Source: Macrostomum lignano (lineage: Eukaryota). From it: 64,000 nucleotides of DNA. A program made the position numbers and the translations under genes. Below the pieces are notes generated by a model that was given only the letters and a program-made list of their open reading frames with translations, searched no databases and was not told where the DNA came from. Location of the stretch: NCBI GenBank assembly GCA_002269645.1, contig NIVC01000778.1, forward strand, positions 248,001 to 312,000, read 5' to 3'. Below, in pieces: positions 50,813 through 64,000 of the stretch; the first letter of the stretch is position 1, and the number at the start of each line of letters is the position of its first letter.

Positions 50813-51172
50813 CCTAAGTACAAGTAGATCGACGCGTACACTTGCAAAAGATTCAAACGATCGGTCGGTTTGACAGGATAAAGTTCAGGCAAATTTTCGT
50901 GTTCTACTAATATTTTTATTGTATTATTCCTTCTAGACTGATTCAAGTACAATTTAAGTAGTAGGCATAATATTGGTAGTTTTACTATCTCGAACAAATT
51001 GTGCATCAACAAAACTCCTGCCTCACAATACTTGCCTCAAATATCCGAAAGTTTAGAAGGTGACGCATTGTTCCGCCAGTTTGGCAGTTCTACTGTTGAT
51101 GCAAAATATTTTACCTCGCTTTTATCAATATCTGTCCAAAAACGTATTTTACTACTAATTTAATCAGTAGTT

Positions 51173-59923
<8,751 letters not shown>

Positions 59924-60502
59924 TTTGATCTGTGAGAATGCCGCGGATTAATTTGTGTTGCTAGACTGGTGAGGGGCGGATCTTCTATCAATGGTGTCCT
60001 AATCTATGCGGGTGATTGAATTCAACTGCTATAAGTTACTCTACAACATTGTTAGACTGCTACACTATAGGGCAGCCGAGATAAGTCAAAGAAGAAGAAC
60101 TGGTTCCTTTACTGTGTGTGTGTGTGTGTCGCATAAACCGGCTTCCGTCTGCATGTGCGAATTGCACAGAATTTCTATACTACATGTATATAGAAAAAAT
60201 TTCCGATATGACATTGTAGTGTCTTTCTCCAGCTTGTGTTGGCTACTTTTAGGAACGAACTCTCCACAGTTAAAATATTCCTATTTTAACAAAAGTATGC
60301 TTGGAAGGAATCAATTCTAGTTGAATCATGAAAGCATTAAGATGAAATCTGCTAATTTTCAAAGTTTACAGAGTACTAATACAAAAACTGCCATCTTGAA
60401 TGTTTTTGCTATTCAAGCCTGTTGTGCAGACTTTAATCAGCTTTAAAATGAAACTGAGATTATCGAAATTGGCTGCATCAAACGGGAGTTATTTGCTTAG
60501 AA

Positions 60503-61408
60503 CAGGGGTCGGCAAAGTTTTTTACCTCGAGGGCTAGATAGAGAATCTAGAGCATGACTCCGGGCTGGAGAAGGGGAGAGAGGAGAGGGAATAGAGAAGA
60601 GGAGAGAAGAGAAGAGAAGAGAAAGAGGAGAAATAGAGAAGAGAGAGAAGAAGGAAGATGATAAAGGAGAAGAGAGAAGATGAGAGAGGAGAGGAGAGGA
60701 CAGGACAGGAGAGGAGAGAGAGGAGAGAGAGAGGAGAGGGGAGAAGAAAGGGGAGAGCAGAGAGGAGGAGAGAATAGAGGAGAGGAGATGAGAGGAGAGG
60801 AGAGGAGAGAGGAGAGAGAGAGAGGAGAGGGGAGGCGAGGAGAGGGGAGGAGAGAGAGGAGAGAGGAGAGAGAAGAGAGGAGAGAGGAGAGAGAAGAGAG
60901 GAGAGAGAGGAGAGAGAACAGAGGAGAGAGAGGAGAGAGAAGAGAGGAGAGAGGAGAGAGAAGAGAGGAGAGAGAGGAGAGAGAAGAGAGGAAAGATAGG
61001 AGAGAGAAGAGAGGAGAGAGGAGAGAGAAGAGAGGAGAGAGAGGAGAGAGAAGAGAGGAGAGAGAAGAGAGGAGAGAGAAGAGAGGAGAGAGAGGAGAGA
61101 AAAGAAGAGAGGAGAGGAGAGAGAGGAGAGGAGAGAGGAGAAGAGAAAAGAAGAGAGGAGAGGAGAGAGAGGAGAGGAGAGAGGAGAAGAGAAAAGAAGA
61201 GAGGAGAGGAGAGAGAGGAGAGGAGAGAAAGGAGAGGAGAGAGGAGAAAGAGAATAGAAGAGAGGAGAGGAGGGGAGAGGGAGGAGAGAGGAGAGGAGAT
61301 TAGAGAGAAGAACGCTGAGAAGCTATATGAACATTGAGCTATTGTGAAGTTTCAAAGGACCCGAGGGCCGGATACAGAGGCTTTGCGGGCAGGAGTTGCC
61401 GACCCCTG
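60503..61408. mobile_element. hAT (Charlie-like) MITE with an expanded internal GA-rich tract (about 60570-61310)
   Basis: Perfect 13-bp TIR CAGGGGTCGGCAA / TTGCCGACCCCTG; TSD GCTTAGAA versus GCCTAGAC (6/8), consistent with the central CTAG target preference of Charlie-type hATs. Confidence 0.85.
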
Positions 61409-62769
61409 GCCTAGACAGACAGAGCGAGCGGTTGGGACCAGATTGCACTGTTTTGAATGCGAATCGAATTCACTTAGAAGAAGCATACGTTACAAAAGCC
61501 AGTATAGCATGCCATCAGGCATCACATTGCAATTTTGCATGCAGAAAGTCGCAGAAGCCAAAGCTAAAAGCATTACATTGATTAATAACAGTAAAAAATG
61601 GAATGCAACAGCTGACTGGCTTACCAATATAGAACTTCTTGGCTTAATATTTCAAAGCGAAGATGCAATGCAAGCAACCAATTTACTTGGAAGGTTTGCC
61701 AGAACACACGAGCGGCTGAACCGTGTTTGCTCTGCTGCTCCTGACTGCTGGCTTCTTGCGGCTTCGGCGGTTGAACAGGGGGGAGGGGGGCTGTGTGGAA
61801 CCAAAGCATGGAGTTGCAGACCCCATGTGCTAAAATAGCCCCTCGTGTATAAGCTCCTGGGGGGGGGAGGGTTGGGTGAGAACTCCCCTTCCCCTTGTTC
61901 TTTCCTTCACGCTTCTCTCTCCCTCTCTGTACACTGAACAGCAGCTTCCCATTGGTTGGCGGCGCTTCAAACCCTCGTCCCTTGGACATTCAGTCGGACA
62001 GAACGCCCCTCCATTGCCTCCACCAACCTATGCCCAACCCCCGGGCGTCTCCAAGGCCGACCTCGTGTTGTTCCCCACCCAGTCCGGTCGTGCTAAAGCT
62101 TTCCCTTCATTTACAAATGGCTTATTTGTGCAGTTTCGTCATCTAAGCTGCAGGATTAGCTCTCTGCAGCCAGACTTCTGCATTGCTTGTTCAAAGTACA
62201 TTGTCCTTCTGTCTGAGCTGGGAGTCTGTTAAAGCAGGCAGACTCAGTAGAGCAGTCCTACTCTCCGCCCACCCACGCCGCGGAGACGAAATCGCTTCTT
62301 TCCTATTTTAGTAAAAAGAGAGATTTTTTCTTAATCTTTCGACTAAAGGTCAGGCATCCGGTGTCGGGTGCGAAATATATTGGCATTTGGCCACGTCACG
62401 GCTGGCTGATATTTATTTGCCTGTTTCACATTTCTATATGATTCTTGATCGGAGTGGCTCTGGGAGTTGGGGTGGTTCCTGCTCTCGTCTCTCGTTGTAT
62501 GCCAGGGTGATGGAGGATGTGCCGTGATATTTTTAGCCTTGGGCGGTCCCACGTGAATCGTGCAAGATCGTGAATAGCCTGAAACTGACGAAATAGTCAC
62601 CCCCCCCCCCCTAGGGGCAGCTCCCTTATAGTTGCTGGGTAGAATATACACTTTGTAAGTGCGCGAGTTCGAATCAGATTTCGTCAGCATTTTTCTCTGG
62701 GGGAAAAAGATGCTTAAGCTGTTGAACCGGAAGAGCGAAAGCTAAGACAAAAAATTCACTGCTATTTTG

Positions 62770-63590
62770 GTTCCACTCATTTCTGAGCGAGTGATTCTCA
62801 CAGAGTTCCACTCATTTCTGAGCGAGTGATTCTCACAGAGTTCCACTCATTTCTGAGCGAGTGATTCTCACAGAGTTCCAGTCATTTCTGAGCGACTGAT
62901 TCTCACAGAGTTCCACTCATTTCTGAGCGACTGATTCTCATATAGTTCCACTCATTTCTGATCGAGTGATTCTCATAGAGTTCTACTCATTTCTGATCGA
63001 GTGATTCTCACAGAGTTCCAGTCATTTCTGAGCGAGTGATTCTCACAGAGTTCTACTCATTTCTGAGTGAGTGATTCTCATAGAGTTCTACTCATTTCTG
63101 AACGAGTGATTCTTGTAGAGTTCTACTCATTTCTGAGCGAGTGATTCTCATATAGTTCCACTCATTTCTGATCGAGTGATTCTCACAGAGTTCCAGTCAT
63201 TTCTGAGCGAGTGATTCTCATAGAGTTCTACTCATTTCTGAGTGAGTGATTCTCATAGAGTTCCAGTCATTTCTGAGTGAGTGATTCTCATAGAGTTCCA
63301 GTCATTTCTGAGTGAGTGATTCTCATAGAGTTCCACTCATTTCTGAGCGAGTGATTCTCATAGAGTTCCACTCATTTCTGAGCGAGTGATTCTCATAGAG
63401 TTCCACTCATTTCTGAGTGAGTGATTCTCACAGAGTTCCAGTCATTTCTGAGTGAGTGATTCTCATAGAGTTCCACTCATTTCTGAGCGAGTGATTCTCA
63501 CAGAGTTCCACTCATTTCTGAGCGAGTGATTCTCATAGAGTTCCACTCATTTCTGAGTGAGTGATTCTCATAGAGTTTCACTCGTTTCTG
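62770..63590. repeat. 35-bp minisatellite (GTTCCACTCATTTCTGAGCGAGTGATTCTCAYAGA), about 23 copies
   Basis: Head-to-tail copies without spacers. Confidence 0.97.
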
Positions 63591-64000
63591 AGCTTTTGCA
63601 CTCATTCCGCTCGACTTCTGTGTTTTCAATATCAACATATCTAGTCTAGCCAGAGACGAGGTACCGGCTCCCTTATCTCTGGCGGTGATTCATTTTTCAT
63701 TCTCAAGTGGCACAGAAGCAAGCGGTGTTGGCTAAAAAGTTTCTCACGGCACTGTTTCTGGCCCATGCAGCTTTGGCCAAGCCCCCTTGGTGGCAAACTG
63801 GCAAGGTTGCTGAAGGCCAATTTCTGTTTATTCCTGTGGCTAAAACCGATTTTTGCTCAGATTTTTTTGGTGCATCAGACCTTCGTTTGAAACAATCGTT
63901 GTGTGGCCATGCATGCGCCATACTTTTTTCTTGCTGCGCCAATGTTTAGAAGTCTTAATAAAGAGATTTAGGGGATGCAGTTATCATCATCAAAAATTTT

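Noticed and set aside
60680-61303. 207-aa Arg/Glu-rich ORF
   Set aside because: Translation of a GA-rich tract inside a hAT MITE.
61344-62232. 164-aa and 118-aa plus-strand ORFs
   Set aside because: The first starts inside a MITE end; no recognisable motif or consistent exon chain.
63703-63949. About 80-aa ORFs on both strands near the window end
   Set aside because: No family signature or convincing splice context; cannot be assessed at the edge.

Overview
Animal (not prokaryotic) genomic DNA, very repeat-rich, with GC-rich exons and GT-AG introns. The gene content and style would fit a flatworm such as Macrostomum, but that is inference only. Reading splice sites by eye gives five phase-consistent multi-exon genes: (1) a single-domain LAMP-family membrane protein (minus, 252-3868, 5 exons, 277 aa); (2) an uncharacterised protein of at least 360 aa with a probable TBP-like N-terminal fold and a degenerate PLD/nuclease-like C-terminus (minus, 6957-8749); (3,4) two tandem, diverged NTF2/SnoaL-like paralogues (plus, 29800-30985 and 32375-34903); (5) a strongly divergent SLC1A/EAAT-family transporter (minus, 51173-59923, 7 exons, about 535 aa) with rewired cation-coupling residues and a 1-nt frameshift. 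The rest comprises a 13.1-kb inverted-repeat structure (10002-23096) enclosing an internally deleted piggyBac; several hAT-type non-autonomous elements with 8-bp TSDs, two of which carry large internal repeat expansions and one of which interrupts a reading frame; three elements sharing a TCAYA-N4-CGA subterminal motif; a 10.6-kb higher-order tandem array of six 1.7-2.0-kb units; a tRNA-derived SINE; and many mini/microsatellites. Nearly all long ORFs in the supplied track are repeat artefacts. All family assignments come from motif recognition, not from database searches.
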